Shown here one piece after another: positions 7,591 through 17,068 of a DNA stretch of 24,075 bases (position 1 is its first letter; each line of letters starts with the position of its first letter). Source of the stretch: a virus. Taxonomy: Duplodnaviria; Caudoviricetes. The translations under genes and the position numbers were made by a program. The notes under the pieces were generated by a model. That model ran no database searches, was not told the DNA's origin, and was given only the letters and a program-made list of their open reading frames with translations. Where the stretch lies: positions 1 to 24,075 of the IMG/VR virus record IMGVR_UViG_3300027740_000017. The stretch is one strand, 5' to 3'.

Positions 7591-7657
7591 TACTTGTTTT
7601 TAAGATTAATTTATTCTTAATTTTGTAAAAAAGATATTTGCATCTTTAATTCTTTAT
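7591..7657 (+). promoter_or_regulatory. late-type promoter with palindromic leader (tail module)
   Basis: TACTTG-N21-TAATTTTG (7591-7625), then AAAGAT-N6-ATCTTT (7630-7647). The same architecture recurs at 14836. Confidence 0.7.
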
Positions 7658-8098
7658 ATGGAGCAGTTTAATATCATTGGTCAGCTTGAGGCATACGCAC
7701 TAAATTTAGGCTGGCATTTCGTGTATAGGTTTGATAATTTCTATAATAACATAGGGGTTATGAACGACTACTCACCAGGTCAGTTAGTATTGTGTGCCGA
7801 CTTTCGGGCAACCCCAAAATATTCCGGTGCTGTGATAAGTGAGATAAGGTATGAATGTTTATTAATGTTGGGTAGAAAGTTTGATTCAGATGGCATTCAG
7901 TCAACTATGGATGAAACACCGAAACAGAAATATGACAGAAGGCTTAAGGAACTTGCCCAGTCATTAGCTGCATTAATTGCAGACTTTGCCTGTGATAATG
8001 AGCTTGATGTTGAGAGCGCACCGATAACAGTTGACATAAATGTTTATGATACTAATATTGATTTTGCAATAGTTGAAAACCAAATATTTATACAATGA
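7658..8098 (+). CDS. putative tail completion/terminator-like virion protein
   Basis: Acidic 146-aa protein heading the tail module. The assignment rests on size and context only. Confidence 0.4.
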   Translation: MEQFNIIGQLEAYALNLGWHFVYRFDNFYNNIGVMNDYSPGQLVLCADFRATPKYSGAVISEIRYECLLMLGRKFDSDGIQSTMDETPKQKYDRRLKELAQSLAALIADFACDNELDVESAPITVDINVYDTNIDFAIVENQIFIQ

Positions 8099-8289
8099 TT
8101 AGAGCTAAATTAAACAGTAAAAGTCCTGAAGATATAATCAATTTTATAAATCTTAGGCACCCAGAATTTAGGGGTAAGATATATTATGATGAAAGGTTAA
8201 AAGAATTGGTATCAAATGACAGGAATATTGAAGTGTATTTTGATCCAATTCATGCAGTATTAGAAATAAAATACCATACTGATTCATAG
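8095..8289 (+). CDS. hypothetical protein
   Basis: 64 aa, with an ATGA overlap. Confidence 0.55.
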   Translation: MIRAKLNSKSPEDIINFINLRHPEFRGKIYYDERLKELVSNDRNIEVYFDPIHAVLEIKYHTDS

Positions 8290-8309
8290 ACACACAATAT
8301 TGTTTTTAA

Positions 8310-8804
8310 ATGATAACAGAGGAAATAATAAATAAATGGTTGAGTGAGGTCAAATCAGATTTGATTGATAACTATTATCGATTGAAGTTAAAGGCTTCTG
8401 GTAACTGGCCTAATCAATTAAAAGAAGATTTGGTAATTGGAAAAGACAAATACAATGCAATCATTTGGGGTGAAAAATATACAGGAGCAATTGAGTACGG
8501 TCGCTTACCTAATAAGAATCAGAATACAGATTATTTAAGACGTTGGGCTTTTGGTTTCGGAAATTCTGTGATAAAAAAATGGTGTCAAGATAAAGGAATT
8601 GATACTAAGTTTGCTGTTTCTATAGCCTATAAGATTGCAAAAGAAGGATGGAAGGTTCCTAATCCACACAATGACGGTGGATTAGTTTCAGATGTTATGA
8701 ATAAGAAAATCCCTGAACTTGAAAAAGCTTTGGTATTTGGTTTTGTAGAACAAATTAAAACTGACTTAAAAAACACATTGATACATGGCTATTACTCAAG
8801 TTGA
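8310..8804 (+). CDS. HK97 gp10-like neck/tail completion protein
   Basis: ASG...IEYGR.P...W...KGI...IA.KI.KEG pattern. Confidence 0.55.
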   Translation: MITEEIINKWLSEVKSDLIDNYYRLKLKASGNWPNQLKEDLVIGKDKYNAIIWGEKYTGAIEYGRLPNKNQNTDYLRRWAFGFGNSVIKKWCQDKGIDTKFAVSIAYKIAKEGWKVPNPHNDGGLVSDVMNKKIPELEKALVFGFVEQIKTDLKNTLIHGYYSS

Positions 8805-9402
8805 AATAAGTCAAGACAATAAATATAATGACAGTGATTTGCTCCCTGTGCATTCTCAATTGGTATTTTTAGTCAATGCTACCTGGACGACATCCGCCCC
8901 TGATAATTTATATGTTGGAATTTATGATGAATCAGATACGTTGCTTGACACTTACAAATGTATTCCCTATTCTGATATATTAACAAATGTAAGACAGTTC
9001 GCTTTTATAGCCAGTGAGCCAGTTCGTAGTATGATGGGGTCCTTTGATGATACATTACAGGCAGTTGACACATTAGTACACATTCCTGAAATGACAAAGG
9101 TATTGCGGTTAAGGTTCTACGATCCGGACACCCCTGCAACTTATGACGAAGATACTTTCACTTTCATACATGGCTCTGCACAATTTGGAGAAAGGCCAAA
9201 CCTGCATGCTGTTTATGATAACGAAAATGATACTTATTATGGTCAGGAAGGACATTTGGTTTATGTTTATTTTTATAATTCTAATACTGAAAACGTAATT
9301 TCAATTCAGGATACATTGACAGAAGTTACGGCATTGAATTACGATGATGATACATTTACAAATTACGATGATGATAATTTTACAATTAATATTGAAACAT
9401 AA
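8785..9402 (+). CDS. putative tail/baseplate structural protein
   Basis: Acidic, beta-rich 205-aa protein in the tail module, ending in a NYDDDxFT tandem repeat. Confidence 0.5.
   Translation: MAITQVEISQDNKYNDSDLLPVHSQLVFLVNATWTTSAPDNLYVGIYDESDTLLDTYKCIPYSDILTNVRQFAFIASEPVRSMMGSFDDTLQAVDTLVHIPEMTKVLRLRFYDPDTPATYDEDTFTFIHGSAQFGERPNLHAVYDNENDTYYGQEGHLVYVYFYNSNTENVISIQDTLTEVTALNYDDDTFTNYDDDNFTINIET
9337..9384 (+). repeat. 24-bp tandem repeat (2 copies, 22/24 identical) encoding NYDDDTFT-NYDDDNFT
   Basis: aattacgatgatgatacatttaca followed by aattacgatgatgataattttaca. Confidence 0.85.
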
Positions 9403-9824
9403 TGGCAGATAGATTATTTGAACAGGGTTCATCTGTACCCCCGCAATCTACTTTTAGGCTTGCTTCTGGAAAGGCAGGAAGCGCAACATTAAATCATGCG
9501 TGGTCTGATGTATTAACATGGATAAAAGAAAATCTTATTTCACCGGAAGATTTGATTGAGATTGGGGCATGGGATATGGATGCGACTGCAAGCGTTGATG
9601 TAGCTTATACTGCTCCGTCAGGATTTGAAGTTATAGGTTGTATTGTTTCGATCATAAAGGATACATCAGGGGAAGTTTATCAATTGAGTGCAGGTGGTTA
9701 TGCTTTTTATTCAAGCGGGATTGAATTTACATTAACCAGAACTGGATCTGGCATTTTTGATTCAACAGATTTTGATGGAGCAGGGAACAGAGGTTATATA
9801 ATAGTTAAATTACAGGCAGTATGA
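9402..9824 (+). CDS. short fibre/whisker-like virion protein
   Basis: The first ~42 aa resemble the N-terminus of the large fibre at 21506. The C-terminal domain is beta-rich. Confidence 0.5.
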   Translation: MADRLFEQGSSVPPQSTFRLASGKAGSATLNHAWSDVLTWIKENLISPEDLIEIGAWDMDATASVDVAYTAPSGFEVIGCIVSIIKDTSGEVYQLSAGGYAFYSSGIEFTLTRTGSGIFDSTDFDGAGNRGYIIVKLQAV

Positions 9825-10108
9825 TAGTATTTACAACATGGTTCCCGTTTGGAAGATTTATTGCAATAGCAATATGGCCGTTTATTTTCACAAAAAGATA
9901 TTTGTCTATCTCAGATATTATTCATGAAAAAATACATCTGAGGCAACAAATTGAAATGTTAATAATTCCATTTTATATTCTATATTTATTTTTTTCAATA
10001 TTGTACGGTTATAAAAATAATCCATTTGAAAAAGAGGCATACGATAATGAACGAATGTTAAGATATTTAAGTGAACGAAAATATTTTTCATGGATTAAAT
10101 ATTTATGA
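9821..10108 (+). CDS. small membrane protein with an HExxH zincin-like motif
   Basis: HEKIH plus downstream NPFEKEAY, flanked by hydrophobic segments. Confidence 0.65.
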   Translation: MIVFTTWFPFGRFIAIAIWPFIFTKRYLSISDIIHEKIHLRQQIEMLIIPFYILYLFFSILYGYKNNPFEKEAYDNERMLRYLSERKYFSWIKYL

Positions 10109-10632
10109 GCGAAATTGGTTATTATAGATATAAAACAATTGTTAGTGGTGATAGTATAGTATCATTGAATGTGAATTATTCTCCACTGTATACTAAAAAT
10201 ATCATTGCCTTAAATGAGTGTGATGGGTTTATAATTCTTAAATACCTTGATACTAAAGGTCAATATCGGTTTTTTTCTTTCAACAAATACTATAGGACTT
10301 TTGATAATCCTGATGAAATTGGTTCCGTGAATAAGTTTGTCGTTAACTTACTGACCGACAAAACCAATAAGCAAAGTGTAGGCTATAAGAATGAACGAAA
10401 GATAGAATTAACGGCAGAGGCGGACGAAAACCAATTGTTAAAACTTGCGGACATATACACAAGCCCTCGGGTTTATTATTACATCGGTACAGGAACAAGT
10501 GATACCGATGCAGACTGGATCGAAATCAAAATTCAAGCAAATGAAAATATTATCAAACGTCGCAAAGCTACTTCTGGTCGTGTCGATTTTACAATTACAC
10601 TGCCGGAAAGAAACACTATCACAATGCTCTGA
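10105..10632 (+). CDS. putative distal-tail/baseplate protein
   Basis: LKYLDTKGQYRFF...L.DI.TSPRVY pattern. Lies just upstream of the hub-like gene. Confidence 0.5.
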   Translation: MSEIGYYRYKTIVSGDSIVSLNVNYSPLYTKNIIALNECDGFIILKYLDTKGQYRFFSFNKYYRTFDNPDEIGSVNKFVVNLLTDKTNKQSVGYKNERKIELTAEADENQLLKLADIYTSPRVYYYIGTGTSDTDADWIEIKIQANENIIKRRKATSGRVDFTITLPERNTITML

Positions 10633-10633
10633 T

Positions 10634-12340
10634 ATGAGAATCCTAAAAATAAATAACGAATTAGCTGAAATAGATGATCAGACAGTTATAGGAATAGACT
10701 ATCAGGCTTATGATGTGAAGCAGCCAGGTAAAAGGTTTGTGTCTGTGTCAAATACCTTTTCAATACCAAAGACTGCAAGAAATATGTCATTGATTGGCAA
10801 TGCAGGCAATCCGCAAAGTATAAGCACAACTGTTTATAATGTGAATTATTGTTCTTACTGGGTTGATAATCAGATATTCATTGATAATGCCAAGCTGAGA
10901 GTAGATTCAGTGAGTGATAGGATTTATATTTTTATTTTTGAAAAGAAAGATATTTGGGATCAGCTTAAAGAGGATAAGTGGGGCGATGTTACGCAGGACT
11001 TTTTAGCTTGGTTGGTTGCTGAAAAAAATTATCCTGCAAGTACTGGTACAAATTTTACAGGTACTTTTGAGGATTTCATTGCAAGCTATACAGGAAATAC
11101 AGAAGGGTTGACTTTGCCATTTTATAGAGGCAACTTGGGAAATCCAATACCATGGTCTGGTGGAGAATTTAATGCAGAGGTTTCAAATAACATAACACTC
11201 GAATATTATTATAATTCAAATCCTGATTATATTTGGGGACATGGTGGCCATTGGTGTGCTTTTGTAAAAACAATTTTTGAGTATATCGAATTTACTTATG
11301 GAGTTAATTTTTTAACTGCCGGCGGAGAAGTTACTGGAAATATCTGGGATGATCCGGTAGCCTTGGCAATGTATATTCCAATGAATGAAATTAGTATCAT
11401 TGGTGTTGGTGACTATGCAGACTGTGAAATTGGTTTTTATTATATTGGCACTGATGCAAAATTTTTACCATACAAAAATGTAAGAGATAAACCGGACAAG
11501 TCTCTTTATGATTTTGTCCAGGCATTTTTTCAACATCTCAATATAATCGTTGATGATATTGAAGTTGACGGATTACCAGTCATTGCATTACGGAGATTAG
11601 ACGATCTTCCGACACTTGGCGAAATAAAAAACATGACTGGTAAATTAACAGGAACACCAATATTTAAACCAGGATTTGAAAGTATCGCACGGAGCAATTA
11701 TATAAAATTCAAATCAGTTCATAAAGATTTAACACCATTATCAAATTCAAGAAACATAACATCATTGAACGAAAATTTAGATTTTGATTCTACATTATTT
11801 GAAATAGATTCTTATATTCCAGGCGTTGAATCGTTCCTTACTGACTGGCTTACACAAACATTTGATTATATTTTATCGCTTACCGAACAGGAGGCTTTTA
11901 AGACCTTTGTTTTTATGGTTAATGGAGACCTGACTGACTATGATGTTAGCGTAACTTACATAGGCATAGGCATCGAAGGCTATCATACTATGTCAGCATT
12001 GCAACCATTATACAAAGCTGCATTATACGATCTTGGTTCTGAATATTTAACTTTAGAATCAGCCTTACAATATCCAATATTCTATGAAGTTGACGCATGG
12101 TTAAAACCAAGTGATATAAGGAATTTAGAGTTTTTTAAAATGTATTATTTCAAAGAGTTAAACGGAAGTTATTTTTTGAATAAGATTTCTGGTTTTAATC
12201 CAGACAAATCACTTGAACCAACAAGATTAGAATTATTAAGAATTTCAGATAAGACACCAGTTCTTGAATCGACTTTAGATTTCTGGGTTGATGGTGAACA
12301 AGACGAATTTACAGACGGAGAAGATAATTATTTCTTTTAA
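10634..12340 (+). CDS. tail tip/baseplate hub-like protein
   Basis: Likely start is ATG 10634, 1 nt after the upstream stop. N-terminal S..FSIPKT.RN..L motif, typical of Bacteroidota phage tail proteins. Confidence 0.6.
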   Translation: MRILKINNELAEIDDQTVIGIDYQAYDVKQPGKRFVSVSNTFSIPKTARNMSLIGNAGNPQSISTTVYNVNYCSYWVDNQIFIDNAKLRVDSVSDRIYIFIFEKKDIWDQLKEDKWGDVTQDFLAWLVAEKNYPASTGTNFTGTFEDFIASYTGNTEGLTLPFYRGNLGNPIPWSGGEFNAEVSNNITLEYYYNSNPDYIWGHGGHWCAFVKTIFEYIEFTYGVNFLTAGGEVTGNIWDDPVALAMYIPMNEISIIGVGDYADCEIGFYYIGTDAKFLPYKNVRDKPDKSLYDFVQAFFQHLNIIVDDIEVDGLPVIALRRLDDLPTLGEIKNMTGKLTGTPIFKPGFESIARSNYIKFKSVHKDLTPLSNSRNITSLNENLDFDSTLFEIDSYIPGVESFLTDWLTQTFDYILSLTEQEAFKTFVFMVNGDLTDYDVSVTYIGIGIEGYHTMSALQPLYKAALYDLGSEYLTLESALQYPIFYEVDAWLKPSDIRNLEFFKMYYFKELNGSYFLNKISGFNPDKSLEPTRLELLRISDKTPVLESTLDFWVDGEQDEFTDGEDNYFF

Positions 12341-12343
12341 GGT

Positions 12344-14821
12344 ATGGCAGAGAAAATAATTGATATAGAAATTAATACCAGTGAGGCAATTGCCGAAACT
12401 CTTAAATTAAAGGAAAGTTTAGCTGTATTGAAAAAAGAATCAGAGAAATATGTTTCTGAACAAGACAAGATGACTCAGGGTTATATTGAAAACCAAGCTG
12501 AAATTAAGGCGACTAATGAGCTTATCAGGAAAAATGAAACCATGATAAAGAACGTTACAAAGGCTAATTTGCAAAATGTAGATTCAATTGCTCAGATGGA
12601 TGCACAATTAGCGGCAGTAACGGCTGAATGGTCGAAATATACACAAGCGCAAATACAAGAAGGGGGGAAAGCTGCTGAATTAAATAAGCAAAAAACAGAA
12701 TTAACAGAAAAATTAAAAGAACTAAGAAAAGCAACCGGCGATCATAGGATGGAAGTAGGTAACTACAATATGACTATGAAAGGATTAAAGCAAGAATTAA
12801 AAGAGTTAAAAGGAATTTTGCAAACAGGGGCAGATGGAACGGAGGAATATAATAACGCTTTAAAACGGGCTGCAGAAATAACTGATGATCTGGGGGACAT
12901 GCAGGAGAGAATCAAAGGTACTGCTATGGATTTTGACGGAGTTATGGGTAATGTTGGGAAGGTTACTTCTGGCGTGGCAAGTGCTTTTGAAGCAGCTCAG
13001 GGTGCAGCAATGTTATTTGGAGAAGAAAGCGAAGATTTGCAAAAAGCAATGTTAAAAGTTCAGGCTTCAATTGCATTAGCTAATGGATTACAGGGGCTTG
13101 GCGGTATGGGAAAAGCTTTCAACAATCTTTTGACACAAATAAAAATCTTTGCACAAGGTGTTAATAAGGCTTTGTTATCTACAGGGATAGGAGCTTTCAT
13201 TGCGTTAACCGGATTGATTGTTGCTAACTGGGATAAAATAAAAGAGGCAATTTCAGGGGTAAGTTCTGAACAAAAAAAGCTTGGTGTTGAGGCGCAAAAG
13301 AATCTTAAAATTGAAAAAGCAAAAACACAAGAACTTGAAGACTCTGAAAACTTATTAAGGTTGCAAGGTAAGACTGAAAAGCAAATTCTTGAAATGAAAG
13401 TAAAGCAATTAGATGCTGAAATTGAGAAAGCAGAAATTGCATTACAAGTACAAACAAAAATAAAAAGTCAGCAAGTTGAAGCTGAATCAAGGAACTTAAA
13501 GATACTTCAAAAAGGCATGGAGCCTGTTATGTTCATCTTAAAGTTTATTGATGAAACGGTGGCAAAGCTTGGTAAATTTGTAGGGAAAAAGTGGGATTTA
13601 GGATTATCGACAATGTTTGGCGATTTCACGAAATGGTCTCAAGGGTTCTTGGCTGATCCAGAAGAGGCAAAAGCAGACGCAATAAAAGAACTTCAAGAAC
13701 AAGCTGCCGTATTATTGAAAATGAGAAATGCACGTGCAGGACTTCAATTAGAATTACAGGAAATTGACAAGAAAGGCAGAAAGGAACGAACTAAAGAATC
13801 CGAAAAACAATTAAAAAGCGAATTAGAATTAACTGAAAAGTTCAGCGAACAAATAGCAGCATCGGCAGAAAAATTAAATAAAAAATTACAGAAACAAGCT
13901 AATCTAAAAAAGGAAATTGCATTGCAGGCCGTTGCTCAAATGGAATTTGAATTAGAACAATTCAGATTAACAGAAGCTGCGAAATTAACTACGGTTCAGG
14001 AACGGGCACAACAAATGGCAGAATTTGAGGCAAGTATTGCACAAGCAAAATTTGATAACGGATTAATTTCTGAAATAGAATACAATGCAGGAATATCAAG
14101 AATAAAAAGCGAATCAAGGGAAATACAAAAGCAAGCTGCTATAGATGCTCAAATCTTACAACAAGATGCACAATACGAAGCATCGAAAAATGATATATTT
14201 TCCAAGCTTGATTTGGAACAACAAATGTTAGAAGAAAGTCGGGCTAAAGAAATTGCATACGCTGAATCGATAGGAGCAGAAACATATTGGATAAATGAAA
14301 AATATAACGATGCTGAATTAGAACTCGAAAGGGCAAAGCAAGATGCTAAGTTAAATCTTGCATCTCAATTTTTCGGAAATATTGCATCACTTGCTGGTGA
14401 GGGTACGGCAATTGGAAAGGCTGCCGCCGTTGCGCAAACAACTATATCAACCTACCAGGCCGCTACTGGAGCCTATGCTGCTTTGGCTGGAATACCTGTA
14501 GTCGGCCCAGTTTTAGGAATTGCCGCCGCCGCCGCCGCAGTTGCAGACGGATTAAGAAATGTTAAAAAAATCTTAGCCGTAAAATCAGGATTACCTGAAA
14601 GCGGAGTAAAGGCAAGTGCACCAAATGTTAGCAGTGGTGGTGGAGGTGGACAAACACACCGTGTTTCAATGGCTCCGACTGTTAACCAGGGTATTGTTTC
14701 ACGTGAAACATTGTCATCGGGTACAAATAATAAGATAACATTGCAACCTACATTAGTGATAGATGATGTTACACGCAAGCAAATAAAGGTAAATGCAAAT
14801 AATAATACAAGCATCTTATAA
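12344..14821 (+). CDS. tail tape measure protein
   Basis: 825 aa, rich in Ala/Glu/Lys coiled-coil sequence with hydrophobic Gly/Ala segments (STGIGAFIALTGLIVANWD, GIPVVGPVLGIAAAAAA). Also contains a VGNY motif. Confidence 0.88.
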   Translation: MAEKIIDIEINTSEAIAETLKLKESLAVLKKESEKYVSEQDKMTQGYIENQAEIKATNELIRKNETMIKNVTKANLQNVDSIAQMDAQLAAVTAEWSKYTQAQIQEGGKAAELNKQKTELTEKLKELRKATGDHRMEVGNYNMTMKGLKQELKELKGILQTGADGTEEYNNALKRAAEITDDLGDMQERIKGTAMDFDGVMGNVGKVTSGVASAFEAAQGAAMLFGEESEDLQKAMLKVQASIALANGLQGLGGMGKAFNNLLTQIKIFAQGVNKALLSTGIGAFIALTGLIVANWDKIKEAISGVSSEQKKLGVEAQKNLKIEKAKTQELEDSENLLRLQGKTEKQILEMKVKQLDAEIEKAEIALQVQTKIKSQQVEAESRNLKILQKGMEPVMFILKFIDETVAKLGKFVGKKWDLGLSTMFGDFTKWSQGFLADPEEAKADAIKELQEQAAVLLKMRNARAGLQLELQEIDKKGRKERTKESEKQLKSELELTEKFSEQIAASAEKLNKKLQKQANLKKEIALQAVAQMEFELEQFRLTEAAKLTTVQERAQQMAEFEASIAQAKFDNGLISEIEYNAGISRIKSESREIQKQAAIDAQILQQDAQYEASKNDIFSKLDLEQQMLEESRAKEIAYAESIGAETYWINEKYNDAELELERAKQDAKLNLASQFFGNIASLAGEGTAIGKAAAVAQTTISTYQAATGAYAALAGIPVVGPVLGIAAAAAAVADGLRNVKKILAVKSGLPESGVKASAPNVSSGGGGGQTHRVSMAPTVNQGIVSRETLSSGTNNKITLQPTLVIDDVTRKQIKVNANNNTSIL

Positions 14822-14835
14822 AATAAATTGAATTT

Positions 14836-14906
14836 TACTTGCAACATAATATTTATTTAACTTAATTTTGTAATTAAAGATAAAAACATCTTTTATTCTT
14901 TTATTT
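14836..14906 (+). promoter_or_regulatory. late-type promoter with palindromic leader (head module)
   Basis: TACTTG-N21-TAATTTTG (14836-14870), then AAAGAT-N6-ATCTTT (14876-14893). Confidence 0.7.
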
Positions 14907-15953
14907 ATGGAAATACTACAAGGCGAAATAGGTTCTGAAATTACAGTAAAATCCATTGAGGGCAAAGAATCCTTCATGATTAACAGTCCAGGCGGTTCAT
15001 TATGGCATGGATTGGCCATGTATGATTATGTAATTTCAAAAAACATTGAGGTCGGTGTTATCGGACTATGTGCATCTGCCGCAACCTTACCATTAATAGC
15101 GAGCTCAAAACGCTGGGGCACTCCAAATTCAAGATACTTAATACATAATCCATCTTCACATTATTTCATTGAGCAAAAAACAGCCGATGATTTAAATAAA
15201 GATGCAGAGGCATTGAGGTTTGAACAGGATAGGGCACTTGATTTATATTTTAAAATCCTAAAAAAACCAAAAGAGGAAATTCAGGCATTAATGGATCAGG
15301 AGAAAGTAATGGATGCAAACGAAGCTTTGGAACTTGGATTAATCTTAGAGATAAGGGACATTGAACAGGACGTAAACCCTGATGAAACAAAAGACGTAAA
15401 AAATTTATATAATCACTTTAAAATGCAACTAATGGAAAAAAACGAAGTTAAATCCGAATTAAGCGGGCTTCGCTTAATGATAGATAAAATTTTCAAAATG
15501 TTAAATCCTGTAAAGATGCTTATCCTTCAAGATGTAACTGGACAGGAATTAGATTTTGGAAGTGAAATCGAAACACCTGAGCAAATTGTAGTCGGTGTTT
15601 CTGCAACTGTATCGGGTGCACCCGCCGAAGGTGAATATATAATGCCAAGCGGTGAGGTGTATGTATTTGAAGGCGGTTCTTTAACTGCAATTAATCAACC
15701 AGGTGTTGAAGAAAATGCAGAACTAAAAAAAGAACTCGAAGATACTAAGATTGAAAACGAAATTCTTCAAGAAGAAGTTGAAATTAAAAATAAACTTCTT
15801 ATGGAATTGGAATCTAAATTGAAAATTGTTTCGAGTAGACTTGATACCATTACAAGTAAGTTTACTACTGAAACTCCAAAGGATGTTGTTCCCCCTACTG
15901 AACCGACTAAAAAGGGGTTCTCATATAACAGGGCAAAAATTATTAACAATTAA
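14907..15953 (+). CDS. ClpP-like prohead protease with C-terminal scaffold region
   Basis: INSPGGS, CASAAT (Ser), LIHNP (His) and A.EALELGL motifs. Acidic coiled-coil C-terminus. Precedes the capsid gene. Confidence 0.88.
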   Translation: MEILQGEIGSEITVKSIEGKESFMINSPGGSLWHGLAMYDYVISKNIEVGVIGLCASAATLPLIASSKRWGTPNSRYLIHNPSSHYFIEQKTADDLNKDAEALRFEQDRALDLYFKILKKPKEEIQALMDQEKVMDANEALELGLILEIRDIEQDVNPDETKDVKNLYNHFKMQLMEKNEVKSELSGLRLMIDKIFKMLNPVKMLILQDVTGQELDFGSEIETPEQIVVGVSATVSGAPAEGEYIMPSGEVYVFEGGSLTAINQPGVEENAELKKELEDTKIENEILQEEVEIKNKLLMELESKLKIVSSRLDTITSKFTTETPKDVVPPTEPTKKGFSYNRAKIINN

Positions 15954-15964
15954 AAATATTAATC

Positions 15965-17050
15965 ATGGCAAAAGGATTTGATGTAAGTGCATTAACACTT
16001 AACCCGCAAGAAGTAAGCGATCTCGCTGCTTTTATTGTAGAACAGGTTTTCAACAGACCTGATATGAACAGGCTGCATTCTGTTCAAACTGGAATTAAAA
16101 TGCAGGAGCAAATTATATTTGCGTCTCAATTTGGAAAGACTGGACTAAAGGCAACTTCAAGTTGTACCCGTCAAACTTCCGGAGCTTCAAGTACATTAAC
16201 TCAAAAGTATTGGAACCCTGTAGGCATTGAGGACACTATCGTGCATTGTCAAAAAGAAGTTGACGCTTTGTTTAAGGCTTACTATAGCAAAATACAATCT
16301 TATAAGGATAATTATGAGATATCAGGAACAGATTCTGAAACATTCTTGGCTGTATTGTTGACAGAGGCAATTGCAAGAACCGTTATCCGTGCTGCATGGT
16401 TCGGGGACACTGCCGTTGCTGCCGCTGGTGCTGGCGCTGATGGTCTGATAGATGGTGCTAATATTCCTTATTATGATTATTTTGAAGGTATTTGGGAACA
16501 AATATTTACAGGTGTTGGAGCAGGCGACATACAAAGATATATTATCGCTTTAAACTCACAAGCGACAAAAGCCTTACAGCTGGCGTTGACTGCTGACTTA
16601 GCAAAAGATACTTATTTTGAGGCTATTTGGGCACTTGCTGATCCTCGCTTAAAAGCTCATCCGAATGCAGCTTTTTACGTTTCAAATTCAATTTGGGAAA
16701 ACTACAGAAAATCATTACAATCGAAAGGTGAAAATTTCACAATCGATTATACTCAAAACGGGTTCCGTGAATTAAGCTGGAATGGAAAGCCAGTTATTAA
16801 CATGGAAACTGTATGGGATTTGGATTTATATGCAGACTTCTACGATAACACCGTACAACAAGCGTATTATCTGGCAAACAGGATTGTATTAACCGTGCCT
16901 GAAAATATTCCAATCGGAACTTTGAACGAAAGTGATTTGACTGAGCTCGAAATGTGGTACGAAAAGAAAGACCGGACTAACAATATAGCTTATGGATTCT
17001 CATTAGATTCTAAGGTGTTAGAAGAGTATATGATTGTTGTGGGTTATTAA
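15965..17050 (+). CDS. major capsid protein
   Basis: 361 aa, directly after the protease. Size and composition fit an HK97-fold capsid protein. Confidence 0.8.
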   Translation: MAKGFDVSALTLNPQEVSDLAAFIVEQVFNRPDMNRLHSVQTGIKMQEQIIFASQFGKTGLKATSSCTRQTSGASSTLTQKYWNPVGIEDTIVHCQKEVDALFKAYYSKIQSYKDNYEISGTDSETFLAVLLTEAIARTVIRAAWFGDTAVAAAGAGADGLIDGANIPYYDYFEGIWEQIFTGVGAGDIQRYIIALNSQATKALQLALTADLAKDTYFEAIWALADPRLKAHPNAAFYVSNSIWENYRKSLQSKGENFTIDYTQNGFRELSWNGKPVINMETVWDLDLYADFYDNTVQQAYYLANRIVLTVPENIPIGTLNESDLTELEMWYEKKDRTNNIAYGFSLDSKVLEEYMIVVGY

Positions 17051-17068
17051 TCTTAAAACAATAACCTT

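Noticed and set aside
10445-10633. 63-aa N-terminal extension of the hub-like ORF from TTG 10445
   Set aside because: It overlaps the upstream gene by 188 nt. ATG 10634, right after that gene's stop, is more plausible.
14522-14539. (GCC)n run as a phase-variable repeat
   Set aside because: It is an in-frame triplet run encoding the ordinary poly-Ala segment of the tape measure protein.
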